A stretch of 64,000 nucleotides of DNA. Origin: Myxococcota bacterium (GTDB lineage Bacteria > Myxococcota_A > Polyangia > Polyangiales > Houyiibacteriaceae). Below, piece after piece: positions 38,560 through 48,922 of the stretch. Position 1 is the first letter of the stretch. The number at the start of each line of letters is the position of its first letter. The stretch covers positions 98,759-162,758 of the forward strand of contig JBCCEA010000003.1 of NCBI GenBank assembly GCA_039030515.1, given 5' to 3'. The translations under genes and the position numbers were made by a program. The notes below the pieces were generated by a model. That model made no database searches and was not told where the DNA came from. It was given only the letters and a program-made list of their open reading frames with translations.

Positions 38560-39564
38560 TTAAATGCCCAGCCACTGCCGTACCGGCAGTGTTCTTGTGC
38601 CCTGCCGCAACTCGAAGAACACCGCGCGACCGGGCGCATCCTGAGCTCGCTGGCCGAGCATCGTCCCGCGCTGCACAGAATCTCCGACACGCACTCGGAG
38701 TTCGGCCAGTCCACCATAGACGCTAAAATAGCTATCTCCGTGTCCGATGATGACTAGTTCTCCGTAACGTCCATATCGATTTGCAAAAGCGACGCGACCG
38801 TTTGCGACGGAGTAGGCAGCAGTGCCCGAGGGCACGAGAAACTCGAGACCAGGGCCATCGTCGCGCTGCCCATCCTGAATCTCGGTCGCTCCAAACACGG
38901 GAAATGACAAACGACCTCGCTCCGTTGAAAACGCATAAGAAGAAGGATCCGAATAGCGAATACCAAATCCCGAATCGCTCCCCAAGCTATCGACGCCGTG
39001 CTCCATCGACGGTTTGGTTTCAAACGCTCCGTGAAACTGACGATAGGCATCCACCTCTTGAGCAAGGCGCTGCTTTTGTTCCTGCAGCATTTGCAAACGT
39101 CGATCCCAAATGGTCGACCGCGTCTCGGTTTCCGCACGCGCGCGGGCAACGGCCTGCGTTCTCATCTCCAGTGCCTTGATCGCCTTCAAATCCGAAGCGA
39201 CCATCCCTTGAAGTCTCTTGATCCGCGCAACGTGTTTCAGCATGGAATCAATCCCACCGCCGAGCGGCCACATACCCACGCGACTAAGGCGGTATAGTAT
39301 TCTCGCACGCCCCCTCAGGTGCCGTTGAGCAGTCTGTTTGCGGCTTCTAAGCCCGGCAAGTTCTTTTTCTCGGCGCCCTCCCCGAGCCTCGCTTTCTTCC
39401 ATTTCTGAAAGCAAAGTTGCGATTTCAGAGTCGATCTGCGCCATTCGATCGCCGACCGACAACTGTGCTTGAACGGCCTCAGGCCCCCCCAAAAGCCCGC
39501 ATACTCCCGAGGCGACAGCCAAAACAGACAGCCAGTATCGTAATCTTTCGCGCTGGCCTAGCAT
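38560..39564 (-). CDS. envC: EnvC-like murein hydrolase activator (coiled coil plus degenerate M23/LytM)
   Basis: Signal peptide, long coiled coil, and an M23 fold lacking Zn ligands (GPGLEF, YGGL, FFELR); downstream of ftsEX. Confidence 0.8.
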   Translation of the reverse strand: MLGQRERLRYWLSVLAVASGVCGLLGGPEAVQAQLSVGDRMAQIDSEIATLLSEMEESEARGGRREKELAGLRSRKQTAQRHLRGRARILYRLSRVGMWPLGGGIDSMLKHVARIKRLQGMVASDLKAIKALEMRTQAVARARAETETRSTIWDRRLQMLQEQKQRLAQEVDAYRQFHGAFETKPSMEHGVDSLGSDSGFGIRYSDPSSYAFSTERGRLSFPVFGATEIQDGQRDDGPGLEFLVPSGTAAYSVANGRVAFANRYGRYGELVIIGHGDSYFSVYGGLAELRVRVGDSVQRGTMLGQRAQDAPGRAVFFELRQGTRTLPVRQWLGI

Positions 39565-40439
39565 GAAAGATACCTTCGCAGTGAAATAAAACTACCAAGG
39601 CCGCCTAGCAACACACCTGCAAAAAGAATCCCGATGACGGTTGGGACGCTCACGAAGACCAGCCGTATCCCCGTAAAAGCGTGAAGCGCTTCGTTGATCT
39701 CGCCGTGTAAAAAAATGTAGCCTGCAAAAAGAAACAATACTGCAAAAAGTGCAGCCAACCCGCCTTGAATCGCTCCCTCCATCAAAAAGGGTCCGCGAAC
39801 GAAATTGTCGGTCGCTCCACAGAGCTTCATGACTTCAATTTCACCGCGACGACTCGCGATGGCGAGGCGGATTGTATTGCCTACAACCGCAGCGACACAA
39901 AGCAGCACGACAACGATCAGGAACGCGGCCAAAACACGTACCGCTGACACCAAACCAGCGATCCGGTCAAACCAGCCTAAATACGTCTCCACTGAGTCCA
40001 CCGCATGGAATTGACCGACTTTCGAAGCGATCCTGCGGACGCGTTTCGTCGACACTCCAGCAACCAAAACTACCTCTAACGAAGACGGAAACACTTCTAA
40101 CGGGAGTTCGGAGAATTCCGCGCCTACCTTGGCTTCCTGAAAGAACTGCTGACGCGCTGCCTCACTCGTTAGATGCTGCAGATCGGCGACCTCCGAAAGC
40201 GCGCTTATCGCCGATCGGAGTTGTGAGACATCCTGAGCAGATGCGTCGTCCTTCAAGTAGATACTCAAGCGACCAGTTTCGCCCCATCGCTTCGCAAACA
40301 ACTCAAGATTCTGTACCGCGACGAGTGCGCCGGTGAGAGAGATGAACGCAACTGTCAGACTGGAAACAGCGACCAAATAAAGGCGAAGGTCCTCACGAAG
40401 GCCTCGCCGTGCTCTGCGAAAAACAGTTTTTAGCGTCAT
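39558..40439 (-). CDS. ftsX: Cell division permease FtsX
   Basis: NTIRLAI..RRGEIEVMKLCGAT..FVRGPFLMEG; 4 TMs; ATG at 40439. Confidence 0.93.
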   Translation of the reverse strand: MTLKTVFRRARRGLREDLRLYLVAVSSLTVAFISLTGALVAVQNLELFAKRWGETGRLSIYLKDDASAQDVSQLRSAISALSEVADLQHLTSEAARQQFFQEAKVGAEFSELPLEVFPSSLEVVLVAGVSTKRVRRIASKVGQFHAVDSVETYLGWFDRIAGLVSAVRVLAAFLIVVVLLCVAAVVGNTIRLAIASRRGEIEVMKLCGATDNFVRGPFLMEGAIQGGLAALFAVLFLFAGYIFLHGEINEALHAFTGIRLVFVSVPTVIGILFAGVLLGGLGSFISLRRYLSC

Positions 40440-40516
40440 ATTTGGTTCTCTCACGAATGCGGAGTACGGCGTGCGAATGCACTTTCGACGTGTACCGATG
40501 AGGCGGTAACGTGCTG

Positions 40517-41305
40517 CTAACTTGCGATGCTTTGAACACCACTCCAACCGGACAGACCTCGTCGAGACTCGACGATTCGTCCTTCGTCGATAGAGATAAT
40601 TCTGTGAGACCGCTTGGAGAGCAATGAGTGATCATGAGTGGCGAAAAGAACTGTCGTTCCCGTCGCGTTGATCTCTTCAAATAGAGTCAGGATGTCGATG
40701 GCAAGGTGCGGATCGAGATTTCCAGTAGGCTCATCACCGAGGATGAGTGCGGGTTCCGTGACGATGGCTCGAGCTACAGCAACTCGCTGCTGCTCCCCTC
40801 CCGACAAGTTGGAAGTGCGCTCCTCTCCTCGCCCGGCAAGCCCCACCCGATCGAGTGCTTCAGACACTCGCGCTCGAATAAGCCGATCTGGCATATCCAA
40901 AATCTCCAATGCGACCGCACAGTTCTCAAACGCGGTCCAGTGCGGAACGACTTTAAAGTCTTGAAAGACAATACCGAGATTCCTGCGTAAGAAAGGGATC
41001 GATTGCTCTGTGAGACGTGCGACATCCCTACCGCAAAATAAGATTCTGCCTTCTTCCACCGAATGGGCCCGGTAAACCAGCTGAAGCAAGGTGCTTTTGC
41101 CCGCTCCACTCGGTCCGGTGACGAATACAAACTCACCGCGCCCTACGGTAAGGTTGACATCTCTCAGGGTAGGAACGTCCGGCCTGAAATATTTGTATAC
41201 GCCCTCCATGACCAGGATCGGTTTTTCAGATTCACGTGCTTCCGCGCGCGCACCCGCGCGAAAAAAGGCAAAGGGACGGACCACATGACCGGCTGGTCTG
41301 GACAT
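40517..41305 (-). CDS. ftsE: Cell division ATP-binding protein FtsE
   Basis: GPSGAGKST, IPFLRRNLGIVFQDF, LSGGEQQR and DEPTGNLD motifs; upstream of ftsX. Confidence 0.95.
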   Translation of the reverse strand: MSRPAGHVVRPFAFFRAGARAEARESEKPILVMEGVYKYFRPDVPTLRDVNLTVGRGEFVFVTGPSGAGKSTLLQLVYRAHSVEEGRILFCGRDVARLTEQSIPFLRRNLGIVFQDFKVVPHWTAFENCAVALEILDMPDRLIRARVSEALDRVGLAGRGEERTSNLSGGEQQRVAVARAIVTEPALILGDEPTGNLDPHLAIDILTLFEEINATGTTVLFATHDHSLLSKRSHRIISIDEGRIVESRRGLSGWSGVQSIAS

Positions 41306-41455
41306 ATGCTTTAGGTAACTGCCGACGGGCGATGGAATCAAAAAAAGTGCGGTTCCTTACCCAGCGCGTGCATTTCCTCTCGATGCTGAGATCGAACTCA
41401 AACCGTTTGTGCTTCGAGTCTCCCCTCTGGAGCTGGAACCTGATAGTGCATCGTC

Positions 41456-42247
41456 ATGTCTTCAGAACGTGCCGTCTACTACGAGCGAAATGGATGGGTA
41501 GGTCAGATCGTATTGAACCGTCCAGACAACCGCAACTCCATGACTGGAGCGCTGCTCGATGCTTTTGCACTCGCAAGCGAAGAGGCTCGAAAAGATGCCG
41601 AGGCGCGCTGCATCGTGATCCGAGGGATGGGGCGGTGTTTTTCCGCAGGAGCTGATTTCCGAGATTCTTTGCAACGCGACAAGGCCCATCGTACTCCGAG
41701 CGAGAAGTCGTATGCCATGTACGAGCCTTTTCTTTCCGTGCTCGATATCGAGGTGCCGGTCATTGGCGCACTACAGGGGCACGCTGTGGGTGGAGGTTTT
41801 GGTCTTGCGTTGGTGTGCGACTTGCGTGTTGGCTGTCGAAACTCCAAGTACGGCGCCAACTTTGCAAAAATCGGGCTGCACTCAGGCATGGCGATAAGCT
41901 ACCTGCTCCCACGGCTGGTGGGGGTCGCGCACGCCGCGGACCTGCTGTTCACCGCTCGCTTGATCGATGGCGAAACGGCCGGGTCGATCGGCCTCTTCAA
42001 TCACGTGGCCGATTCAAGTGAAGCAGTGCTCGAGCACGCAAACTCCCTTGCGCATGCGATCTCCGCCAATGCCCCGGGCGTGGTCCGTTCGATCAAGCGG
42101 ATGCTCTACGATGGTTTGAACTGGGACCCTCGTCGTGCGGCTCGGGCTGAGGCTCTGGCTCAGGCTCAGTCGCTTGAGACCCAGGACGCCGTAGAGGGGA
42201 TGAACGCACTGCTGGAAAAACGCCCTCCAAGCTTTCGCGGTTCCTGA
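41456..42247 (+). CDS. Enoyl-CoA hydratase/isomerase family protein
   Basis: LNRPDNRNS, FSAGAD, GHAVGGG and C-terminal EKRPPSFRG motifs. Confidence 0.92.
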   Translation: MSSERAVYYERNGWVGQIVLNRPDNRNSMTGALLDAFALASEEARKDAEARCIVIRGMGRCFSAGADFRDSLQRDKAHRTPSEKSYAMYEPFLSVLDIEVPVIGALQGHAVGGGFGLALVCDLRVGCRNSKYGANFAKIGLHSGMAISYLLPRLVGVAHAADLLFTARLIDGETAGSIGLFNHVADSSEAVLEHANSLAHAISANAPGVVRSIKRMLYDGLNWDPRRAARAEALAQAQSLETQDAVEGMNALLEKRPPSFRGS

Positions 42248-42302
42248 ACCCTCCGGGTGCTCTTTCCTCTCGTTTCTACTTCACGTCTGCATCGGCAAAC
42301 CC

Positions 42303-42332
42303 TTGACGCCCCGACCTGACCGTCGCTATCCA
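42303..42332 (+). promoter_or_regulatory. Sigma70-like promoter, possibly giving a leaderless mRNA
   Basis: TTGACG-N18-TATCCA, 6 nt before ATG 42339, with no Shine-Dalgarno sequence. Confidence 0.4.
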
Positions 42333-42338
42333 CAGGCG

Positions 42339-43457
42339 ATGGAAGGTATGCAAACGCTACCGCTCCCCGTCGAGCTACTGCCCGAGACGGTGCGTCGCTT
42401 CGGTGATCCCAAAGCCCTAGGCCCCGCGAAGATGATGGCCGCGCGCGGACTCGTGCCGGTCAAGGGGGGAGACCTGGTCACGCTACTTTGTCAGCTCAGT
42501 GTCGATGAGGACCCCACCGTCAGTGACGCGGCGAGGTCCACCCTCGATAAGATGCCGAAAAACGTCCTGAAGCCCGCATGCGCAAGCCCTTTGCATCCTG
42601 CGGTGCTCGACCTTCTCTCCGAACGTTTTCGGAATGATGACGAAGTGCTCGAAACGATCGTTCTGAACAAGGGGGTATTGCCGGCAACTATCGCCGGATT
42701 GGCCCGCGCCTGTTCTGAATCTATTTCCGAGTTGATCGCGGTCAACCAGGAACTCCTGCTCGCACACCCGGTGATCATCGAGTCGCTCTATAAGAATAAA
42801 AAAACACGCATGAGCACCGCCGATCGACTGATAGAGCTCGCGGCACGGAACGGGGTAACCCTTCAGGGGATTCACTCTTTTCAGGCCCACGTTGAAGCGA
42901 TTCAGGGTCAACTCATTCCGGAACCCACAAATGAACCGCTCCCGTCCGACGAAAGCTTTGCAGAAGCGCTTATTCACGATGATTCAGAAGACGCTATCGA
43001 GATCGATAAAGCTGACGGCACCGAGTCGGTAAAAGAGCAGTTCAAACCGCTTATGTTTCGTATTCGCGACATGAACGTAGCGGAGAAGATCCGACTTTCG
43101 ATCGTTGGCGACGCCGCGGCTCGGGCCATTCTGGTACGCGACCCCAATCGATTGGTGTGCACGGCTGCGATTTCCTCACCCAGCATGACGCTCAAGGAAG
43201 CAAGCGATATTGCGCAGAGTCGTGAGATCGGCGAGGACATATTGAGATATATCGGAGGCCGACGTGAATGGCTGAGAAGCTATGAGATCAAGCGAGGCCT
43301 GGTCTTCAATCCAAAAACCCCGATAGGGATCTCGATGCGCTTCCTAACTCATATGCGGCTCAACGACTTAAAGGCCATCTCCAAAAGTCGCAACGTAGCT
43401 CCGGCGATAAAGAACCTAGCGCGCCAGCAACTCGAGAAACGACAGAAAAAAACCTAG
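42339..43457 (+). CDS. Conserved helical-repeat hypothetical protein
   Basis: 'MNVAEKIRL...ARAILVRDPNRLV...FNPKTP' pattern, recalled from deltaproteobacterial/myxobacterial hypothetical proteins. Confidence 0.8.
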   Translation: MEGMQTLPLPVELLPETVRRFGDPKALGPAKMMAARGLVPVKGGDLVTLLCQLSVDEDPTVSDAARSTLDKMPKNVLKPACASPLHPAVLDLLSERFRNDDEVLETIVLNKGVLPATIAGLARACSESISELIAVNQELLLAHPVIIESLYKNKKTRMSTADRLIELAARNGVTLQGIHSFQAHVEAIQGQLIPEPTNEPLPSDESFAEALIHDDSEDAIEIDKADGTESVKEQFKPLMFRIRDMNVAEKIRLSIVGDAAARAILVRDPNRLVCTAAISSPSMTLKEASDIAQSREIGEDILRYIGGRREWLRSYEIKRGLVFNPKTPIGISMRFLTHMRLNDLKAISKSRNVAPAIKNLARQQLEKRQKKT

Positions 43458-43683
43458 TCTTCAGTCTTTGACATCGTGGTTTTACGAGACTGTCCGGACG
43501 CGATCAGCACGGAAGAAAAGCCGCTTACGGAACGCGGATAAAGTTCACGTGCAAGTATCTAAGGCACGAGCAAGCTGTATCGCATTTGATTACACGCTCG
43601 ATTTACAATAAAAGTTGTGCACTTAGCTGAGTAAGCTTTAGTTAATTCGTCAACAATATGCATTGAAGTATCCATCTTAAGAC

Positions 43684-43712
43684 TTGAGCGTTGCGAAAAC
43701 CCACTCTATGTT
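43684..43712 (+). promoter_or_regulatory. Sigma70-like promoter of panBC
   Basis: TTGAGC-N17-TATGTT, preceded by an AT-rich tract. Confidence 0.55.
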
Positions 43713-43721
43713 TCTCGAGTT

Positions 43722-43755
43722 CCGCGCGGACCTAGAATCGCCTAGGCCGTGACGG
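43722..43755 (+). ncRNA. Probable pan RNA motif in the panB 5' UTR
   Basis: Hairpin CCG-CGCGG-[A]-CCTAG-loop-CTAGG-CCGTG-[A]-CGG with two bulged As, directly upstream of panB. Confidence 0.65.
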
Positions 43756-43767
43756 CCTTTCAAAACC

Positions 43768-44766
43768 ATGAGCTCATCTATCGCCCAATCTTCGAAGATT
43801 ACGGTCCCACGTCTTCAGCGGATGAAGAGACGTGGGGAAAAAATCACCATGGTCACCGCGTACGACGCGAGCTTTGCGCAAATGTACGCAGAGGCAGGCG
43901 TCGACGCGATTTTGGTCGGAGACAGCCTCGGCATGGTGATCCAAGGGCATGATTCGACGCTGCCCGTCACCCTCGACGAAATGGTGTATCACTGCCGTGC
44001 GGTGCACCGCGGCCTGCAGCGTCACGGTTCTGGAGGGTGTCACCTTGTCGGCGACATGCCCTTTCTCTCGTACCAGGTGTCAGCGACGGAAGCGATCAGG
44101 AACGCAGGACGATTGCTGCAAGAAGGCGGAGCCCATGCTGTCAAGCTCGAAGGGGGTGAGCTTGTCGCCGAAACCGTCCGGCACATCGTTTCAGCGGGTA
44201 TTCCGGTCATGGGTCATGTCGGACTTACCCCTCAAAGCATCCATGCCCTGGGCGGATTTCGAATGCAGGGTAAAACGGAGTCTCAAGCGGAGCAGGTGCT
44301 TAAAGATGCGCATGCGGTGGCCGACGCCGGAGCCTACGCCTTGGTGCTTGAAGGGGTTCCCGAACATTTGGCGGAACGCATCACTCAGGAACTTGAGGTA
44401 CCGGTCATCGGAATTGGAGCTGGCCCCAGCTGCGACGGGCAGGTCCTCGTGGGCTATGACCTACTCGGCCTTTATCCGGGTCGAAAACCAACGTTTGTAC
44501 GTGACTACGGAAACTTCTTTGAGCTAGGCGTCGAAGCGATCCGAAACTTCTGCACCGATGTGCGTCGTGGAATGTTTCCCCTAGCGAAGGAACGTATCAG
44601 CAGTGTCCCGAGCAAGGCCGTGCAAGGAACGAAAGCATCTCAAGAGGAAGCTGAGACCGGACCTCTGTTCGAAGAGAGAACTTTGCAGCAAGAAAGAGCC
44701 ATGCGGGGCGGGAGAGCTATCGAGCGTTCGGTTCACGCCCCTATCGCGTACGGTCCCGAGGCCTGA
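43768..44766 (+). CDS. panB: 3-methyl-2-oxobutanoate hydroxymethyltransferase
   Basis: [32 protein letters not shown] and GIGAG..CDGQVLV motifs; extended C-terminal tail. Confidence 0.97.
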   Translation: MSSSIAQSSKITVPRLQRMKRRGEKITMVTAYDASFAQMYAEAGVDAILVGDSLGMVIQGHDSTLPVTLDEMVYHCRAVHRGLQRHGSGGCHLVGDMPFLSYQVSATEAIRNAGRLLQEGGAHAVKLEGGELVAETVRHIVSAGIPVMGHVGLTPQSIHALGGFRMQGKTESQAEQVLKDAHAVADAGAYALVLEGVPEHLAERITQELEVPVIGIGAGPSCDGQVLVGYDLLGLYPGRKPTFVRDYGNFFELGVEAIRNFCTDVRRGMFPLAKERISSVPSKAVQGTKASQEEAETGPLFEERTLQQERAMRGGRAIERSVHAPIAYGPEA

Positions 44767-44789
44767 TCAAAGAGGGATACGCGTCTCCG

Positions 44790-45644
44790 ATGCATCTCGA
44801 GACCGAAGTCGAAGCGTTTCGATCGTACTGCAACGACGCTCGACGGCGCGGAAAACGGCTTGGACTCGTACCCACCATGGGCGCACTGCATCGGGGACAT
44901 CTCAGCCTGGTCGACACAGCACGAAGGGCAGGTGCGGAGTGCATCGCGCTCAGCATATTTGTCAATCCCACCCAATTTGCGGCACATGAGGATCTCGATC
45001 GCTACCCTCGCGACCTAGATTCGGATCTTCGGCAGTGCGAGAGCTCTGGGGTAGACCTCGTGTTTGCCCCAGACGCGGCTCAGATGTACCCGAAGGAGGT
45101 CAGCGCCTCAGTACGGGTTGACGGAGTTTCATTGCCGCTCGAGGGTAGATTTCGACCGGAGCATTTTCAGGGGGTCGCAACCGTACTCACCCAATTTTTT
45201 TGCATCACCGGTCCATGTGTGGCGGTGTTCGGTCGCAAAGACTACCAGCAGTGGCGCGTAGTCGAATCCCTTGTTCAGGCGCTACATCTTCCGGTCGACA
45301 TAAGATCCTCGCCTATCGTGCGAGCATCAGACGGACTCGCTTTATCTTCTAGAAACCGGTTCCTCTCAGAATCAGAGCGAAGCAAAGCCAACGCACTGTA
45401 CAAAGCCTTAGAGTGGGCGAACGTCGCCTGGTCGAAAGGAGAGCGCTCGGCGAAAGCGCTGACTGAAGGGGTTGTCTCTCATTTGCATCCACTGGATCAC
45501 GTCGACTACGCAGAGATCGCTGATCCTCAAAATTTGCACACTCAGCGTGGTGTTTTGGAGTCATCTCCGGTGGTTCTGATCGCAGGACGCGTAGGCAAAA
45601 CACGTTTGATCGACAACCATGTTCTAGGTGAACAGCTGCCCTGA
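44790..45644 (+). CDS. panC: Pantoate--beta-alanine ligase
   Basis: VPTMGALHRGH, SIFVNPTQF, RPEHFQGV, FGRKDYQQ, GLALSSRN and RLIDN motifs. Confidence 0.97.
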   Translation: MHLETEVEAFRSYCNDARRRGKRLGLVPTMGALHRGHLSLVDTARRAGAECIALSIFVNPTQFAAHEDLDRYPRDLDSDLRQCESSGVDLVFAPDAAQMYPKEVSASVRVDGVSLPLEGRFRPEHFQGVATVLTQFFCITGPCVAVFGRKDYQQWRVVESLVQALHLPVDIRSSPIVRASDGLALSSRNRFLSESERSKANALYKALEWANVAWSKGERSAKALTEGVVSHLHPLDHVDYAEIADPQNLHTQRGVLESSPVVLIAGRVGKTRLIDNHVLGEQLP

Positions 45645-45653
45645 AGTGATGCG

Positions 45654-47390
45654 CTATTGGCTCAGCGGCTTCGGTTGCAGGTCGAGATGCACTGAGGGGT
45701 GCAGCTCTGACGAATCGGTTCGAATCGTTCTAGAGACGTCACGGTGCCCAGGGAGATTGGCCCGAAGTCGAACCGCCTGACCCAAAGGTAGACCTTCAAG
45801 CGTCAGCGGTGCATCGCCTACCCAGATCCCATCGCGAAAAATGGCGGCACCTGCGGGATCGGTTGAAACGCGGAGCTCCACGCGGCTTGGACGGAGGACG
45901 ACAACCTCCTCATAAACACCTCGAGTCGGCGTCGTTTGGTTCGTCCAGGTTTCATATCCCTCAAGCGTAATCTCAAGGTTCACCGGACGCCCGACGTGGA
46001 GTTCCTCGCCTACCGTAAGGGGCGTTAGACCCTCGATCTCGCGACCATCCAAGAGAACCGATGCACCCTCAGGTACCGTGCGAATTAGGAGGGACGTTGA
46101 AGGAGACCCTTGTCTGATAAGGTTCGCCGCGATGGTCGAACACAAAACCAGCATCATGACGGCAACGGGCAGGCGCAGCCATTTCAGCTCAAATCTTCGA
46201 AGAACAGCCGGTGTTCGGGCGGATGACGGATCATCAACCTTCTGCGCGCGACTTGGCGGCGCTGCATCGCCTAAAGCTATATTCGTTGCTGGTTCCTGAA
46301 ACTGAGCAAACAAACGGGTGCGAACGTCTCGCAGGTCGTCGACAACCGTAATGCTCGATTCCCAGTCGGAGACAGACGAAGGCGACGACGCACCGCCGGG
46401 ATCCTCAGCCCGCGAAGAATCGACCATGTCCACATGAAGCGCTACTTCATCCGGAAAAAGCGCAACCATCATCTCTGCCACGCGAGCAGACGTCAGCGAA
46501 GGGGTCGAGGTCTGCACAAATTCTGTCAAGGCCTGCCCAAAATCGGCAGCTGTGCCAAAGCGATCGTCAGGATCGCAGGCCAGAGCCTTCGTCATGATCT
46601 GATTCATTTCTTTGGGAAGTTTCGGCCGAATTTGCAATATAGGCGCAAAATCTGCCTGACGAATCCGATCGAGCAAGACGGGAAACGGCGCGTCCGGATA
46701 GGCCACTTCTCCAGTGAGCATTTCGTACAGCACGAGCCCAGCAGAAAAGACGTCACTCCGAGCATCCACAGGATCCGCCCATGCTTGCTCTGGTGACATG
46801 TACTGAGGCTTGCCCCGGATCACCCCAACCTCCGTTTGCTGACTGCGAACCGCAGCTTTGGCGACGCCGAAATCGATGATCTTTGTCTCGCCAGCAAAGC
46901 TCACCAGCACGTTTCGTGGGGAAATGTCTCGATGCACGATGCCGAGAGCGCGTCCATCGACGCCTCTTTTGCGATGCACGAAGTCGAGTCCGCGACACAC
47001 GTCGCACATCAGGTGTGCACAAAGTGCCACGGGCAACTCATAGTTCCGCTCTCTTGCTCGGCGAATCGTTCGATGCAGATCGACGCCTTCGATGTACTCC
47101 ATGACGATAAAGTACGTGTCCTCATCACGCTCGAGACCGAAGACTTGACAGATATTCCGGTGGCTTAACTGAATCGCGATATTCGCTTCTTCGATGAGCA
47201 TGTGCACAAAGTACTCGTCTTGCGAATACCGGGGATGGATCACCTTGATCGCGACACGCTTGTCGAACTGCCGAATTCCGCTGGCTTTCGCGGCATAGAT
47301 CTCGGACATGCCTCCCGTCGCGATTCTTCGAACAAGGACGTAGGCACCTAGAGGTCGAGGCAAGCGCAAACCCTCCAGCGGGCTACTCAC
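45654..47390 (-). CDS. Membrane Ser/Thr protein kinase with two PEGA domains
   Basis: GGMSEIY, VAIK, HRDISPRN, DFG and GKPQYMSPEQ motifs; TM; PEGA-like 'TVPEGASVLLDG' and 'TDPAGAAIFRDG'. Confidence 0.92.
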   Translation of the reverse strand: MSSPLEGLRLPRPLGAYVLVRRIATGGMSEIYAAKASGIRQFDKRVAIKVIHPRYSQDEYFVHMLIEEANIAIQLSHRNICQVFGLERDEDTYFIVMEYIEGVDLHRTIRRARERNYELPVALCAHLMCDVCRGLDFVHRKRGVDGRALGIVHRDISPRNVLVSFAGETKIIDFGVAKAAVRSQQTEVGVIRGKPQYMSPEQAWADPVDARSDVFSAGLVLYEMLTGEVAYPDAPFPVLLDRIRQADFAPILQIRPKLPKEMNQIMTKALACDPDDRFGTAADFGQALTEFVQTSTPSLTSARVAEMMVALFPDEVALHVDMVDSSRAEDPGGASSPSSVSDWESSITVVDDLRDVRTRLFAQFQEPATNIALGDAAPPSRAQKVDDPSSARTPAVLRRFELKWLRLPVAVMMLVLCSTIAANLIRQGSPSTSLLIRTVPEGASVLLDGREIEGLTPLTVGEELHVGRPVNLEITLEGYETWTNQTTPTRGVYEEVVVLRPSRVELRVSTDPAGAAIFRDGIWVGDAPLTLEGLPLGQAVRLRANLPGHRDVSRTIRTDSSELHPSVHLDLQPKPLSQ

Positions 47391-47405
47391 TTCGCTTACG
47401 CGTCC

Positions 47406-48263
47406 TCAATAAAGTGGCCGAGGAAAAGCGGATCCGTGACGCTCAACGCGATCCTTCACCGCTTCGAGAATAATGGTCGCCGTTTCTTCGATAGCGCGGC
47501 CCGTGACGTTGATCACCATCCATTGTTCCTGCCTGCGGAAAATACTGTGCGCGTGATCTAACTCGCCCCGAACATGTTCGCGAAGTCCATAGTTCGCGTC
47601 TGCCGGCATCCCCAGCTGACGAAGTCGCGCTTTGCGAATTTCGAGAAGCTTGTCGAGATCGATGGTGAGGGCGACCACCTTGTCCGGGGAGACCGCGAAA
47701 AGCTCTTCCGGAGGTTCCACTCCCAGAACCAGAGGCACATTCGCGACTCGAAGACCTCGTCCGGCAAGGTAGGTGGAAAGCGGAGTCTTGCTGGTACGAC
47801 TCACCCCCGTGAGTACCAGGTCCGCGCGGCGAAGGTTCCTCGGCTCCTTCCCGTCGTCGCTCTTGACCGCGAATTCGATCGCCTCAACCCTTCGAAAATA
47901 CTCGTCGGAGAGCGGCATCGTCGCAGTCGGAATGTTGATGGGCTCAGACTCGATGAAGTTCGCCACTTTATGGATGAGGGCACCGATCACATCTGCAGTC
48001 TCAAGAGCATTTTCGTGCGCCACCGCATGAAAATACTCTCGGAGCTCGGGATCCACCAGCGTGAAGACGACCATCGCTCCCTGGTCGGTCGCTTTGCGTA
48101 AGACCTCTGAGACAGCGTCCCGGTCGCGAACTCGAGTAAAGAGGCGCACCCGAACCCGATGATCGGGAAACTGCAAAAGCGCGGCGCGCACCACACGCTC
48201 CGCCGTTTCCCCCGTTGAATCGCTTACGACGAAGATGGGTCTATCTTGGTGCTCCAACGCCAA
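47406..48263 (-). CDS. Pyruvate,phosphate dikinase / PEP synthetase regulatory kinase-pyrophosphorylase (DUF299)
   Basis: SDSTGETA, YFRRVEAIEFAVKSDDG, GVSRTSKTPLS and AIEETA motifs. Confidence 0.95.
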   Translation of the reverse strand: MALEHQDRPIFVVSDSTGETAERVVRAALLQFPDHRVRVRLFTRVRDRDAVSEVLRKATDQGAMVVFTLVDPELREYFHAVAHENALETADVIGALIHKVANFIESEPINIPTATMPLSDEYFRRVEAIEFAVKSDDGKEPRNLRRADLVLTGVSRTSKTPLSTYLAGRGLRVANVPLVLGVEPPEELFAVSPDKVVALTIDLDKLLEIRKARLRQLGMPADANYGLREHVRGELDHAHSIFRRQEQWMVINVTGRAIEETATIILEAVKDRVERHGSAFPRPLY

Positions 48264-48459
48264 CTCCCCTCATCAAGCCGACTATCCGCTTTCGGCCGTC
48301 TTGTCTACCCGCGCGCGCGCCACAGCGGCTTGGATTCATAAAAACCGAGCGCATGCTGAAGATTAATCGCTAAAGGCGAACACCCACTCAAAATCAGATG
48401 TTCGCCCTTCTGGAATTAGATGCCCGGTCGTGCCTGCGGTGGAAGCTCAAATGGCGTAT

Positions 48460-48512
48460 CGTTCATAGCCACGCTGCGTTCATAGCCACGCTGCGTTCAT
48501 AGCCACACTGCG
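48460..48512. repeat. 17-bp tandem repeat, 3 copies
   Basis: CGTTCATAGCCACGCTG x2 plus CGTTCATAGCCACACTG. Confidence 0.95.
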
Positions 48513-48922
48513 GCCTGGCACGCTCACGATTTCGCTTTTAGCGGCGCTTGCCGGCGCGACGCAATCGTCGGTTCAGTGAACGACCCGCCATTCGATTCAC
48601 CCGACGACGGTTTCGCGACTTCAGCTTCGCGGTCAGTCGGCTGGTCTTGCCGCGATTGGTTTTTCTCGGGCTCTTGGAGATCGGTAAGTACATGGGTCGT
48701 TTCCTGTCGCGTCAGCGTAGCGCCACGGTCTATGAGATGCATCCTGGCCCCGCAAGGCAAACCGAAGATTCAGACCACAGATCTACCGGCGATTGAGGTC
48801 CCAATCCTGCTCGATGAACGCCTTCGATCGAGCTTAGCGCGTCAAATCAATCCTGACCGACGAAGGCGTCTCGAGTAAACGCAATCCACTCGGGTCAGCA
48901 GGGTCAACTCGAGTAAACGGAA

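Noticed and set aside
38560..39564. Inactive M23 peptidase as a novelty
   Set aside because: Loss of Zn ligands is the normal state of EnvC downstream of ftsEX.
48347..48370. attL-like copy of the tRNA-Arg 3' end (GCGCATGCTGAAGATT versus GCGGATGCTGCAGGATT)
   Set aside because: Too many mismatches over a short length; expected by chance.
48524..48878. Short ORFs (78-100 aa) in the intergenic gap
   Set aside because: Overlapping on both strands, with no motifs or convincing RBS.
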